Shown here piece by piece: positions 11,351-22,391 of a stretch of DNA of 39,721 bases (the stretch's first letter is position 1; each line of letters starts with the position of its first letter). The stretch is taken from assembly GCA_002256025.1 (NCBI GenBank), contig NKIB01014885.1, positions 1 through 39,721 on the forward strand. The letters are read 5' to 3'. The notes below the pieces were generated by a model. The model did no database searches, had not been told where the DNA came from, and saw only the letters and a program-made list of their open reading frames with translations. Source of the DNA: Asterionella formosa (taxonomy: Eukaryota). Made by a program: the position numbers and the translations under genes.

Positions 11351-13452
11351 TATGCCCCTGGAGCACACTGGGAGGAGACAATGCCCCTACAAACTTCCTT
11401 GATTGACTCAATTGAACGCGTTAGGGTTCCACCATATCGTGCACTGGCTACCTGTAAGCATTCAAACACTTTCAGAAGGACCTCGTTGGCTTGTACAGGT
11501 TCGCAAGACTCGTGCAAGAGCGATGCAGTCATCAACAATGCCTTAGAAAAGTCTTCCGTTGCCTTCATGTCCATCTCAAATGAGAAAGAATTGGCCACTA
11601 AGACACACGAACGTAATGCATCACAAGACTGGTATGAATGCCGCAAGGCCTGATTCAGATCACCTTTGGAGTGAAAGAGGTCTGCAATCTCAAGAAATGT
11701 ATTTCCCAGCGCATGTGTGCTGTGAATTGATTCTTGGACATTGGCCATCTCTTGAAAGGTCATCAATGCGCCGTCGATGTCACCATGGGATTTTTGTAGT
11801 TTTGACAATTTTTGCAAACTATTCATTGCGTGCTGTGGGTCGTGTCCAAAGCCTCGCAACCTCTGGATGCGAAGGGCTTGGCGCAAGGCGAGCGATGCCA
11901 GCTCTACCTGTTCCTGTTCCATCTGGAGCGTTCCAATGTTGTACCACAAACAAGCCACATCAGGGTGGTCACCTCCAAGTAAAGCCATTCTCAATTCCAG
12001 CGACATTTGAAAAGCAGAAATTGCTTCTGTCCGTGATCCCATGCGATCGTATATTAGTCCTAAGTTGTACCAAATGGTGGAAAAAAGGTTTTTTGTGTCA
12101 TCGGAAACATTAGGATCCAAAGGTAGGTTTGCGTGGCCTCCAGCAAACGAAGATGCGAAATCGTGTTCCGATCCACTGGCCAGGTCAGACTTGAGGGCTT
12201 GTTGATAGCAACCGATTGCTTCAGGAAGTTGGCCAAGCTCCTGAAGGATTCTTCCAATGTTGTTGTAGGTGACACTGACATTGATGCTTGGTTCGCTTCT
12301 GCCAAGCCTCTCCTCGAGCCTCAGTTCCTCTTTGTAAAACAAAATGGCAGACTCTAATTCGCGGCGATGAAAGAGAATTGTGCCAATGTAGTTGAGAAGC
12401 GAAGCAATTTCGGCATGTTCAGCACCAAGGTCATCTCGTTTATCTTGAAGGCCACGGATGGCGCGGACTAGCTCATGAGAGACAGCGTCGCATTTTTCTT
12501 CGTTCTCCATAAGGACAATGTAGGCAATGGCAGGAATAGGATCCAAGATGCGCTCATTGTTGGTTACAGACGAAGCCGAGAGGTATGCTCGTAGGTGCTC
12601 AGTTGCGAGCCCCTTATCATGTTGGGCATATGCCATGATGCCGAGGTTGTACCTAGCACAGGCAATATCAATGTGCCCTTCCGGAAGGACTGATGAGCGT
12701 AACCGAAGAACTTCCCGGCAGAGTTCGTAGGCTTCATCATCGACACTACCAAGCATCCATTTTGTCCGACCATAGTTAGACATGCAGGTTGCACGAATGA
12801 GCCTGGAAGAATGGTCATCCGCTACCGTTTTCTGGGACCACATCCGCGATTGCGCAAAGTGATACTGAGCTGATTCTTCTCTGCCAAGGCAATAGAAGAG
12901 CTGTCCAATGTTGTTGTGCAGGATCATTCCCACATGAGAGAGCCACTCTCCGTCAGTAGTTGCTATCTCCCTCTGTGCAGTCACAGAAAAAAATCTGGCG
13001 CATTCTTCGTAGAAACCTAAAGCCTCTTCAAGCTTGAAACTTGATTGCAACACAATTGCAGTATTGAAGAGGACAGCAAGTTGCAGAGACTGTTCCTTGG
13101 GCGCAACGACGAGATGGAGTGGAGACCGAATAGGACGAGGACCAACGTCGCACTCCCCTTCGAGGTAAGTGTCGGGAGGGTAATCAAGATAGTGCAATCC
13201 GTTGCAGCAGTCCGCCTTTGGCATTTTGACTCTGACATGAAGTTCTCCCTCTGACGACCTAGCGGTGAATAAGGGGGTAGTCAATCGAAGCGCCTTTAAA
13301 GCAGATTCAAAGATAGCAAGCGCTTGACCTTGATGACCAGCAAGGTAGAGTTGGGAACCAAGATCATTCAACGCAATCACCGTCGACCTTCGATGGTGAC
13401 TACACAAACTTTCTGAGCCAATGTTACAGGAATTGGTTGGCAGTGCAGGCAT
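11350..13452 (-). CDS. Tetratricopeptide-repeat protein (kinesin light chain/NPHP3-like TPRs), 700 aa
   Basis: Intronless ORF with repeated TPR signatures: HIDIACARYNLG, HAEIASLLNYIG, VSVTYNNIGRILQELGQLPEAIGCYQQAL, HPDVACLWYNIG. Confidence 0.88.
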   Translation of the reverse strand: MPALPTNSCNIGSESLCSHHRRSTVIALNDLGSQLYLAGHQGQALAIFESALKALRLTTPLFTARSSEGELHVRVKMPKADCCNGLHYLDYPPDTYLEGECDVGPRPIRSPLHLVVAPKEQSLQLAVLFNTAIVLQSSFKLEEALGFYEECARFFSVTAQREIATTDGEWLSHVGMILHNNIGQLFYCLGREESAQYHFAQSRMWSQKTVADDHSSRLIRATCMSNYGRTKWMLGSVDDEAYELCREVLRLRSSVLPEGHIDIACARYNLGIMAYAQHDKGLATEHLRAYLSASSVTNNERILDPIPAIAYIVLMENEEKCDAVSHELVRAIRGLQDKRDDLGAEHAEIASLLNYIGTILFHRRELESAILFYKEELRLEERLGRSEPSINVSVTYNNIGRILQELGQLPEAIGCYQQALKSDLASGSEHDFASSFAGGHANLPLDPNVSDDTKNLFSTIWYNLGLIYDRMGSRTEAISAFQMSLELRMALLGGDHPDVACLWYNIGTLQMEQEQVELASLALRQALRIQRLRGFGHDPQHAMNSLQKLSKLQKSHGDIDGALMTFQEMANVQESIHSTHALGNTFLEIADLFHSKGDLNQALRHSYQSCDALRSCVLVANSFSFEMDMKATEDFSKALLMTASLLHESCEPVQANEVLLKVFECLQVASARYGGTLTRSIESIKEVCRGIVSSQCAPGA

Positions 13453-13594
13453 GGTTTACAAATTGAACTCGGTTGTGATTTGTGCTAGGATTTATGACAA
13501 TACATTAACACTTCAGCGTACCGGTAGTAATAATCAATGGAAATATGCAGATGGTCCTCGGTGAGCGAACTACGATGTGTCATACAATTGGCAG

Positions 13595-13631
13595 CTGGAA
13601 CCAGGGTACTAGTACCTGGTACACCCGGTAC
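13595..13631. repeat. TA-CCWGG-TA-type array about 145 bp upstream of the TPR gene
   Basis: ctggaaccagggtactagtacctggtacacccggtac; also gtaccggta at about 13519. Confidence 0.8.
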
Positions 13632-14197
13632 GAGGGTTCTGAGGAAATCGTTTTTGATGAAACAAGCTTGTCAGCGTTGCACGAACGCCATTATTATTGA
13701 GTCAGAGCCAGTTCTCCTACATATGTATTGCCTCCTTCTCGCTTTGTTTTATATAAAATCCGTGACTATTCATTCACCTGTTCCGAATTTGCCACGCACG
13801 AAATACGGCACTTCTCCATGTCCCGCCTGCTTGTCGTCGCAGAATCTGAGGCTGGTTTTCCCAGGCTTTTCAAGGCAACGACACATATGAAAAGAAGATT
13901 CGATGGGAAGAAAGGAGGAGCAGACCGCACCATCCAGTGCAAGGCGATCTATACGAACGTTATTTCCAAAACAAAGTCGATGACGAGCGGAGGCCACGTC
14001 GTGCTCATAATTGTATTTTACCAATAGTAAATGTAAGGTATTGATGTAAGCTTCAAGTCCAGTAAATCAAAGAACTCGTTGTTCTTTACAATTCTATGAA
14101 GAAGGCTGCATGTTCAATCAGCGACTCGCCTGATTCACATTTTAGTGAACACGTCGCCTTTGATGTCAAAGCTTCCTTCGACTCTTCCCATTCCAGC

Positions 14198-14272
14198 ACC
14201 TGGTACCTGGTACCTCGTACCAGTACTGCAACTTCGTCATCATAAAACGAATCTCTGTGTACCAGGTACCGG
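14198..14272. repeat. TA-CCWGG-TA array at the left edge of the transposon cluster
   Basis: acctggtacctggtacctcgtaccagtac ... gtaccaggtaccgg; a Stowaway-like left end (ta|ctccctctg) follows at 14300. Confidence 0.85.
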
Positions 14273-14414
14273 TTGAAACGGTATGTAGCGTATGCCTGTT
14301 ACTCCCTCTGGGGGTTGTTGAAAAGTGTTCGCATATTAAGGATTATGTGGCCATCATACTATGTTTCTACGTGAGGGTCCACATACTCGAAAATATCTGT
14401 TTGTTACTAGTTAA

Positions 14415-15915
14415 GGTTGCTGCCCCGGCTTAACCCTAGTTCGAAAAAAAACCCCGCTGGGGTTGTAAAAACGGCGTGGAACAGGGAGTTTCCTACTATG
14501 AATTCCCATGATTCGAGTGTCCATTTGAATATTTGAATTAAATAGGAATCGGGGCCAGGTTGATAGAGTTCCATTAAAATTAAAATAATGACATTTAAAC
14601 ATTTATACTTTTTGTACATTGCTGGATGTAGAAATAATTGTACTCAACACCAAAACATATATAAATTAGGAGTATGCCAACATATATGCCCATGGCTCTT
14701 GTTTATGCGCTAATATTGAATCTATGTTGCTGAATGTAGTTTCAATATCACTCCACGCACAAAGGTATATGCTGGAATGAAAATCAGTACCAGAGTCCCT
14801 GAGTACCAGTAACGGTATTTTGGTACTCGGAGTACCAGGTAGCACATAATCTTGGTTCATCATCATGGAAGACAGGATGAAACTACTGGGACTGATTTTA
14901 CCAACCAGTATTCAGTACAACTAATACGTGTGGTTCAAGTGTGGCTGGCGAGATTTTACAGAACCGGGATAGTTCAGCAAATCTAGAGTAGGTGAATAAA
15001 TTCAATTAAACCAATCAGAATATGTGTAGTGACGCGGGAGCTTACCCTGGAGTCTTTTCGGACTGAGAATTATTCAGCAAAACATTCCTATGCAAGACTC
15101 TAAGTATCATAAGAGAACGATTTTGCACGTAAAATTCTGATTCTAATATTTTGGCGACTGATGAAAGAGCCGATCAGGCCGACTTTTTGGAGGAGGATTG
15201 CTCTACATTTACGGGGTTTCATGAAGAATGAAATATATAGCCTTGTACCCTATAACTTCAGGAGTTAACTTCTGCAGAGAAGTGGCAGTTATCCCTCGTA
15301 CATTTTGTAAATAGCTTGATGGTCCCCTTTTTTGACTTTTATTTGGATAGTTACAATTCCAAGAGGGATAACTGCCACTTCTCACAAGAAATGATGTCCT
15401 TACCATTTCTGAATATAGAACATACCCCTAAGTCGAGGAATGACTGTATCTAAGCATAGGCAAAGTGGTCGTATTGGTGAAAGCTAATTTACCTATAACT
15501 ATTTTATTTAGTTGCATGCACTGTGTGGATTGAGGTGCATAATAAAATTATTTTGGAAAAAACAGACCTCGTGATGTGTAACTGCGGGGCCGCAACCTTA
15601 AATGCATTTAAACATATTCTCTGTTTCTGTAATTAAGGTTCCTGCATTTCAACCCGAAGGCAAAAATTAAAATATTGCTTAGGGTTGCCGAAATTCCCTG
15701 GAACTAAGAATTTATATGAGCTATTTTTGAATTACATGATTCCATTAGACATATTCAAATTAGTGGAATATACAGGTATAGATTGTAAATCTCTCTGTAT
15801 ATACTGGCATACGGAAAAGAATCCTGCAGATGTCCTAAGAACAAAAAATGTCACAGAAAAAATTATGGACAAGCATGGATACGCGATCCAAATGTGTAAC
15901 TGCAGGGCCGCAACC
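14415..15915. mobile_element. TTAA-flanked non-autonomous element(s), Kolobok-like; probably two units, 14415-15597 and 15637-15915
   Basis: Left ttaa|ggttgctgcccc (14411). Right ends ggggccgcaacc|ttaa (15597) and agggccgcaacc|ttaa (15915), both preceded by atgtgtaactgc. A weaker second left end ttaa|ggttcctgc lies at 15633. No coding capacity seen. Confidence 0.6.
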
Positions 15916-16000
15916 TTAACCTCTTTCTCATCTACACGTATTCTACTGCTGATGTGACCTAAGCAACTTGGTTTATCTCGAGTAAACTCGGATACCGGTA

Positions 16001-18102
16001 CCAGATAAAAATGGCTTGGAGCCACTCAACGATATAATATTTACAAGCAATGTATACATAGATTTTTCTAATTTTCCAGTTATGACAGTTTTTAGTATGA
16101 CAAAGTTGTACCTTATGTTGAACCAGATACAACATATCTCGTTGTCGATTAGGTTATTTGTTTCAGATAATCAGATAAATTTGTTCGAAAGTAGAGATCG
16201 GCCCAAAAGTGGCAAAACAAACTATACCATTGAGCCAGCATCTCCCGGAAATACATGTATACATTTTTGTACACAATTTGATATATATTTAGTTGCCTTT
16301 AACCGCCATGGACCATGTACTATACCAATAAATGAATCAATTAGTCACTCTAAGTTAATGAATGCAATATTTCTTTAAGGCAAAAAATGGAGCCATGTTT
16401 TCATGTCAGAGACCGTAATTCAAAGCAGAAAATGCTTCTGACACACCAAAAGTTAAATCAAATCGCAGGCATCTCATTAACAACGATTAAACTTACAGCA
16501 AAAAAAACAGCCTCAACTACCCAAAAAGTACGAGGTGATGCCTATACTTTGGATAAGACTGTAGTGTCACTTATTTAAAAATATATATATAGTAATGGAT
16601 TTGGAAACTTTGAATGGCAAATAACAATGGCAAACTACTATCAAACTACTGTGTGGTGCAATATCGAATATTGTTGCATCAAAGGCGGCTACACTGCCTT
16701 GGAAAACAAAACCTAGTCCAGGAACATTTATAGAAGCTTAATCAGGCGGGAAAGGCAACTAGCTAATTCACTTGTGCAATTACATGCTACTATGACAAGA
16801 AATGATTCACAGCCGTTGGCAGGACATATTTATTAATCTCTATTCTGACTATAAATTCAAGTTTAAAGATCCAACTCACGAAATACAAGAGACACTTACT
16901 CGCCCATAAGGAAAGGCGCCATGTTGCATTGGCTGTTGAACAGAAAGATATTGTTGACCTGATGTTGAAAGCATGGGATGAATCATTTGGCCATATCGCT
17001 AAAAACCAAAAAGCTGTTGCTGAAAGGCAGAGGTTGGGGTCCATTGAATTACAACTTGTTGCCCCATCCAGAAATTCAACTGACAAGTACCTCAAATCTT
17101 CAAACAGAATCAAACAATAATCAACCCGCCTCTTACCTTCCCCCTTCCGGTCTAAACTTGAGCCAAGGCATCACTGGAACCCTTGTTGATCAGGTCTTAC
17201 AGTATCGCAATCGTCAGGACGCTAGAATGGGAATAAATCTGAACAAACTTACCTGCCAACGAAAAAATCAGTGCCAAGAGCGATTGCAAGCAATAAACGA
17301 TACACAGCCGGTCTTTCTATCTCCGCAGGCAGTTACTTGTTAAGTTTTGAAGTGGTGGATGAACAACTAAAAAGGAAGAGGCACGCGGAAGAAGTGCAAA
17401 GTGAGCGAGAGAATAAGAAAACAGATGCAGAAATGGCGCTTGCATACAAGGCTAATGCAATCAGACCGCTTAACAAATAGCCAGCTGAGTGGATAGTAGC
17501 ACAAACGAAAACAATGGCAACTGGGTAGAAGCAAGCAGGAAACCTTCCATTTCCAACAACAAAACAACTACTACTTACCAGATTCCATGACACCATGCAT
17601 GATGTGTGGCGTCGCTGCAGTATCAGTTGCAACTGCTGTAATGGCTGATGCCACTTCCTCATCACCCTTTGGTTGGCTGCTCCTACTATAACAAAACAAG
17701 ATATGATGGGAGGACCACAAGTCTGAGGATGATGCAGCAACTACTGCGAAAAAATATGAGGAGACAGAACTGACAAGAAAACCATCAGTCTAAAAATGAT
17801 GCAACAACTGCGAAAAAACGTGCAAACGAGATAATACTTTCTAGCCGTCGCCTATGAAAATAACTACATGTAGGGTAAAATTTTAATCATTGGTTTTGAG
17901 CCACTTCGACCGGTTTTGTCACTTTAAAGAGGACAGATCTCAATTAATATATGTAAAAGTATAAAAATGATCTAATTCTCATGTAGCTCAATGAACTGAC
18001 TAATATCGTGCCAAAGGGCGAAAGAGGGAAATGATTTTTGCATGCTTCAAGAATGATTCGGAAAACGACATAAAACCATGGCTCAAAGTCATTTATAATT
18101 GG
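16001..18102 (+). mobile_element. Internally deleted pogo-like Tc1/mariner element with TIRs of about 25 bp and TA target duplication
   Basis: Left TA|ccagataaaaatggcttggagccac; right catggctcaaagtcatttataattgg|TA. Frameshifted transposase-like C-terminal relic at about 16860-17595: DIVDLMLKAWDESFGHIAKNQKAVAER / GWGPLNYNLLPHPEIQ / KQAGNLPFPTTKQLLLTRF. Confidence 0.78.
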
Positions 18103-18431
18103 TACCGGTATGTGCCAAATGCTGGTATGTAAGTTCCGTTCTTATCATTTTTTCATGTACTGCATCACGAAATTTGAAAATTTTTGAAAATGTATAAGCA
18201 ACGGCAACTCGATTTGAACTGAATTTCATTCATTCCAAAATTGACACTGTGTCACTAATTCGTGATCACATTGTATCATGGAGTAACATGGATCTTCAAC
18301 GGCAACTGGCTGGCGAAGATCAGGTGTATATCCTTCCAGAATATATTGATGGTCTTGATATCAAGCAGCAGCATAAAATATAATTATTGGTAAACTATAA
18401 ATTATTTTAAAAACACACCATTGTATGAATC

Positions 18432-19670
18432 ATGCCGTCACCATTTGATTTACTTGATGATAATGATGATGACAGCAGTGATCTTGAATTTTTCTTCCTC
18501 TGTCATTTAGCTAAGGAAGCGGAGGAAAAAGAACACTCATCCAAACGACAGAGGTGACAGTGTAAACGGAAGCATCACTCATCCATATGACGACGACAAA
18601 AAAGGCACAAGTGACACCATGAAAGAATCTCCTGGCAATCACATGTCAAGAAACTCAATCACGAGATTGCTTTCGAGAAGACATACAGAATGTCACACAG
18701 AGCATTCAAAAAACTCATCTCCATGCTGGAAATTCAGATTGCAGGGAATTATTTCAAATGCGGTACTTCTGAGCCCATTATTCCCAAAATTGTGGTAGCC
18801 ATTGGTTTGCAATGGTTGGCTGGTGGCAGTTACATCGACATTTGTCATGCTTACAGTTGTAGCATTGCTTCACTTTATCGATGTCATGATTTGTTCATTG
18901 ATGCTGTACTAAACTGTGAAGAACTCAAGATTATTTTCCCAGAAGAAAAAGAAGAATTTATCAAATTGGCTTCCAGCTCTGAATGCAAAAGCTCCGAGGG
19001 CATGATAAGAGGATGTGTTGGTGATATTGACGGCCGGTTTCATAGCCACACTCAACCGCCCAACTTTAGTTTAAAGTGGCAAAAACCCTGGTTCATTTTT
19101 TTTCGGTCACTACATGACTTATGGAATCAATGTTCAGGCTGTTTGTGATGCTGACTCAAGATTTTTTATTTTGGTGTGATTGCACCGGGAAAATACAGTG
19201 ACCAAGTAGCTTTTGAACGAACTTCCATTTTCAATCGAGTTGCAGCACTCAATAGAGGTTTTTATCTGGTCGGCGATGCAGCATACACATTGTCTGATGT
19301 AAAGCTTGTTCCCTTTGTTTTCTCACCACGTGATGATTTAACACAGGATACATTTAACTTTTTCCTTTCACAGCTGAGGATAAGAATAGAAATGGCATTT
19401 GGTCTTCTTCAGAAAAAATGGTGTGTTCCTAAAACAACCTATGGACAAGCTTGGAAAGATCTGCACGCAATCTTGATCCATGTGCTCGACTTCATAATTA
19501 TGTGATTAATAAGAAGATAATTTTGATAACAAGATTTTGGATGTTAATCAAATACTTGCAGAGATGATTCCAGTCAGTTTGTCACCCCTTGGTTGGGGCT
19601 ACTTACTGACTGTGGAACCATTGTGTATATTTCCTGGAAGCTCTGTGATGCGAGATGTGATTCTTACCAG
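18432..19670 (+). pseudogene. PIF/Harbinger (HARBI1-like, DDE_Tnp_4) transposase pseudogene
   Basis: Motifs across frames: FEKTYRMSHRAF, GLQWLAGGSYIDI, GCVGDIDG, YGINVQAVCDADSRF, YLVGDAAYTLS, FNFFLSQLRIRIEMAFGLL, CARLHNYVIN. Several stops and frameshifts. Confidence 0.85.
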
Positions 19671-19678
19671 ATCGGTTC

Positions 19679-20076
19679 ATGGGAGGACCACAAGTCTGAG
19701 GATGATGCAGCAACTACTGCAAAAAAATATGAGGAGGCAGAACTGACAAGAGCACCATCAGTCTAAAAATGGTGCAACAACTGCGAAAAAACATGCAAAC
19801 GATATAATATTTTGTAGCCGTCGCATATGAAAATAACTACATGTATCATAAAATTTTAATCATTGGCTTCGAGCCACTTCGACCGGTTTTGTCACTTTAA
19901 AATGGATAGATCTCAATTAATATATGTTTAAGTACAAAAATGATCTAATTCTCATGTAGCTTAATGAACTGACTAATATCGTGCCAAAGGGCGAAAGAGG
20001 GAATTGATTTTTGCATGCTTCAAGAATGATTCGGAAAACGATATAATAACGTGGCTCAAAGCCATTTATAACTGGT
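19679..20076 (+). repeat. Second copy of the 3'-terminal about 400 bp of the pogo-like element (direct repeat of 17706-18102), ending in TIR + TA
   Basis: Both copies start atgggaggaccacaagtctgaggatgatgcagcaactactgc and are collinear to ...ggctcaaag(t/c)catttataa(t/c)tgg|ta, with scattered substitutions. Confidence 0.92.
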
Positions 20077-20355
20077 ACTTTTCCCTTTGTTGGTGCCTGG
20101 GTAATCGCACATTCAGGGAACTCCATGCTGCATGCATGCTGTTCTTCAGTGTATAACGTTCTATTCCTATAACTAGACTATTCTACCGGAAAACTATAAT
20201 TGTTGAAAGCGTGTCTAAGGAAGTAATCTCTTAGAGAGGACGGTAGCTACACCTTCGAGGAGGACCAGCAAAAGCTAGGAACAACGTGCTTCGTTATTGT
20301 GTATATATTCACTTTCAGACGCTCAGTTTAAAAAATAGCTAATTTCACATTCAAA

Positions 20356-21453
20356 TCACATTGTCGGCTGCCTCATAGGTTCAGTCTCTCCGCAACTCGC
20401 CACAGTCACATCCAATTGATCGCTCTGCGTCGTTCCTTGAAGATGCAATTTAAGCCGGGATCGATGTGCCATAAAACTAATCACGGTATCCCATACGATG
20501 TCAGTCACATTCATGGCTAGAGTTCGAAATGTCAAGGGCAGGAAGCGAAAGCAGACAAATTCCAGTGGCATTAATATCAACGAAGTCGCCCAACTAGCGC
20601 GCAGGGTTGGCACATAGTCGGCCTGAATCTGAGGCCAAATATCCTTTTGAAGTCGATAGCCTTCCATCAACCCCGTCATAATAAACGCAGATCCCACAAA
20701 AATTGAATCCAATATAATTGAGTCTGCAACTACATGAGCCATGGCAGCAGCACCTCGATGCGCACCATTGGTTGGCACGAGTATCTCAAAGAAGTTATAT
20801 CCAAAATGCATCAATGGACCAGAAATAATCAACCCATCTGCCAAAATAGCTAGACCTCGTCGCAAGTCGTAGGTCCTATGAATTCTCAATACATCCTTCC
20901 ACGTAAATGACTGAGTCGTTGGAACTCGACTTCCCAGCTTGAATTCAAACCACTGTGCCAAGTAGTCTCCGCAAATGCCGAGCACACCTGACGTGATGGA
21001 TTTGGTAATCAAAGGAGCAGAGTCAAGACGCATCATATACCACGACATGGAACAACTTGAAACATGGCCTAGGATATGTAATGCATGGCCACCAACGGAT
21101 TTAAGCAATAAAAGTATAGTCAGGACTACAAACTGCCACGGAGAAAAAGTAGAACTACTTGATCTCGCCAATGCGGAGACGCTTGAAGCGACAGCAGGTT
21201 GCACCAGTCGAGAATCTACGAGAAAGTTTTTACCGAGAAGTATCCAAGGCATTCGGCTGTTGGGTTGCTTGCTTTGTATGTCGGCAGATTCACTCGGTAG
21301 ATTCATGGAACTACGCATATGTATTTTTGGACGTTGAGAACTTCTTATCGTTTGTGGAATAGTCAAGCCATTGGAAGCTGATAGCAATAAGCTAAAGATA
21401 ATCAGCAGAAAGTAAACACAGTTGCTCGTCTTGGAATGCATTGCAAGGTGCAT
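20356..21453 (-). CDS. Mpv17/PMP22 family membrane protein with N-terminal signal peptide and extension
   Basis: Motifs PLITKSITSGVLGICGDYLAQ, YDLRRGL, GPLMHFGYNFFE, PTLRASW, FRFLPLTFR...IVWDTVISF. ATG at 21453 or 21441 (the track start is non-ATG). Hydrophobic leader ends SASNG-LT. Confidence 0.88.
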   Translation of the reverse strand: MHLAMHSKTSNCVYFLLIIFSLLLSASNGLTIPQTIRSSQRPKIHMRSSMNLPSESADIQSKQPNSRMPWILLGKNFLVDSRLVQPAVASSVSALARSSSSTFSPWQFVVLTILLLLKSVGGHALHILGHVSSCSMSWYMMRLDSAPLITKSITSGVLGICGDYLAQWFEFKLGSRVPTTQSFTWKDVLRIHRTYDLRRGLAILADGLIISGPLMHFGYNFFEILVPTNGAHRGAAAMAHVVADSIILDSIFVGSAFIMTGLMEGYRLQKDIWPQIQADYVPTLRASWATSLILMPLEFVCFRFLPLTFRTLAMNVTDIVWDTVISFMAHRSRLKLHLQGTTQSDQLDVTVASCGETEPMRQPTM

Positions 21454-21625
21454 CAACAGCTGCTGGATCAACGCAATATCGGAGACAAAGAAAATTTACC
21501 CCGAGGGCTGATGTGCGTGTGTGCAAAAAGTGAGACTATACTTGTAGCTAGGTGTTTTGCTAGGTACATACCGGGAAACGGACCAGCTACCAGTATTTGT
21601 ATTACACAGGACGAACCAGAAGCGT

Positions 21626-21663
21626 TACTGGTAACAGGTACCTAGTACCCTGGTACCAGGTAC
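21626..21663. repeat. TA-CCWGG-TA array about 175 bp upstream of the Mpv17 gene
   Basis: tactggtaacaggtacctagtaccctggtaccaggtac. Confidence 0.85.
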
Positions 21664-21849
21664 TATGTTTGATGTTTGCATGTTATACGAGTATGTTGCA
21701 TAATCCTCAGAAGTCTCAGTTCTCTTTGGTGGGAGGCGTGGTGCTTGTGGCTGCTGATGGTGAAAAGACTATGCAGTCCGTCCATCGCCCAACCGCCCAA
21801 GGTAAAAACAATGCATCCCCTTGCCTGCTTCGTCCTCATTGTTTCAGTC

Positions 21850-22389
21850 AGGTTCTTCCATTGACAACGGAATATATGATTGTTTGTATTGATGCATTTA
21901 TCCATTATAGAGGTTCAAAGCGGTATATTGAAATGTCTTGATAGTGTAGAATTAATTTGTGTTCTATGGGGAAGACGGATTATAATGTTTCATAATGCAT
22001 ATTCGGGATCAATTTCCTGTACTACATACACTTGGTATGATTTCTACTATGGGGCTGAACAAATCAATGTGCGATCTAAATAAATATATGATAATAAGGT
22101 TTACCAAATTCATGTATGTGTACATATGCCTGTTTACTCCGAGGTCGTGGCAAACCGCTAATTTGTCCTAAAAAGGTCGATTGACACTTTCACGTATAAA
22201 TATTGATTACACAAATGAATGTTCAGTGTAGCTAGTTCATACTCAGAGAAGCGCTACATGCTCAGCTACAGATGGATCGTTACAGATTTGTAAACTATCA
22301 GAAATTCGTGACAAAACGTGTTATTCTACGTATAGTGGTTCAAAGCAGTAAAATAATTTCGATAGAGGTGCAAAGCAGTTTTTAGGTGG
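21850..22389 (+). mobile_element. Family A right-end fragment (homologous to 7470-7986); first unit of the TA-linked chain
   Basis: Shared blocks with 7.5-8.0 kb; subterminal ggttcaaagc(a/g)g repeats; ends caaagcagtttttaggtgg|TA. Confidence 0.7.
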
Positions 22390-22391
22390 TA

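Noticed and set aside
17706..20078. 400-bp direct repeats as LTRs of a retrotransposon
   Set aside because: No TG...CA ends, PBS or PPT; the repeat ends in a DNA-transposon TIR + TA and the interior is a Harbinger transposase, not gag/pol.
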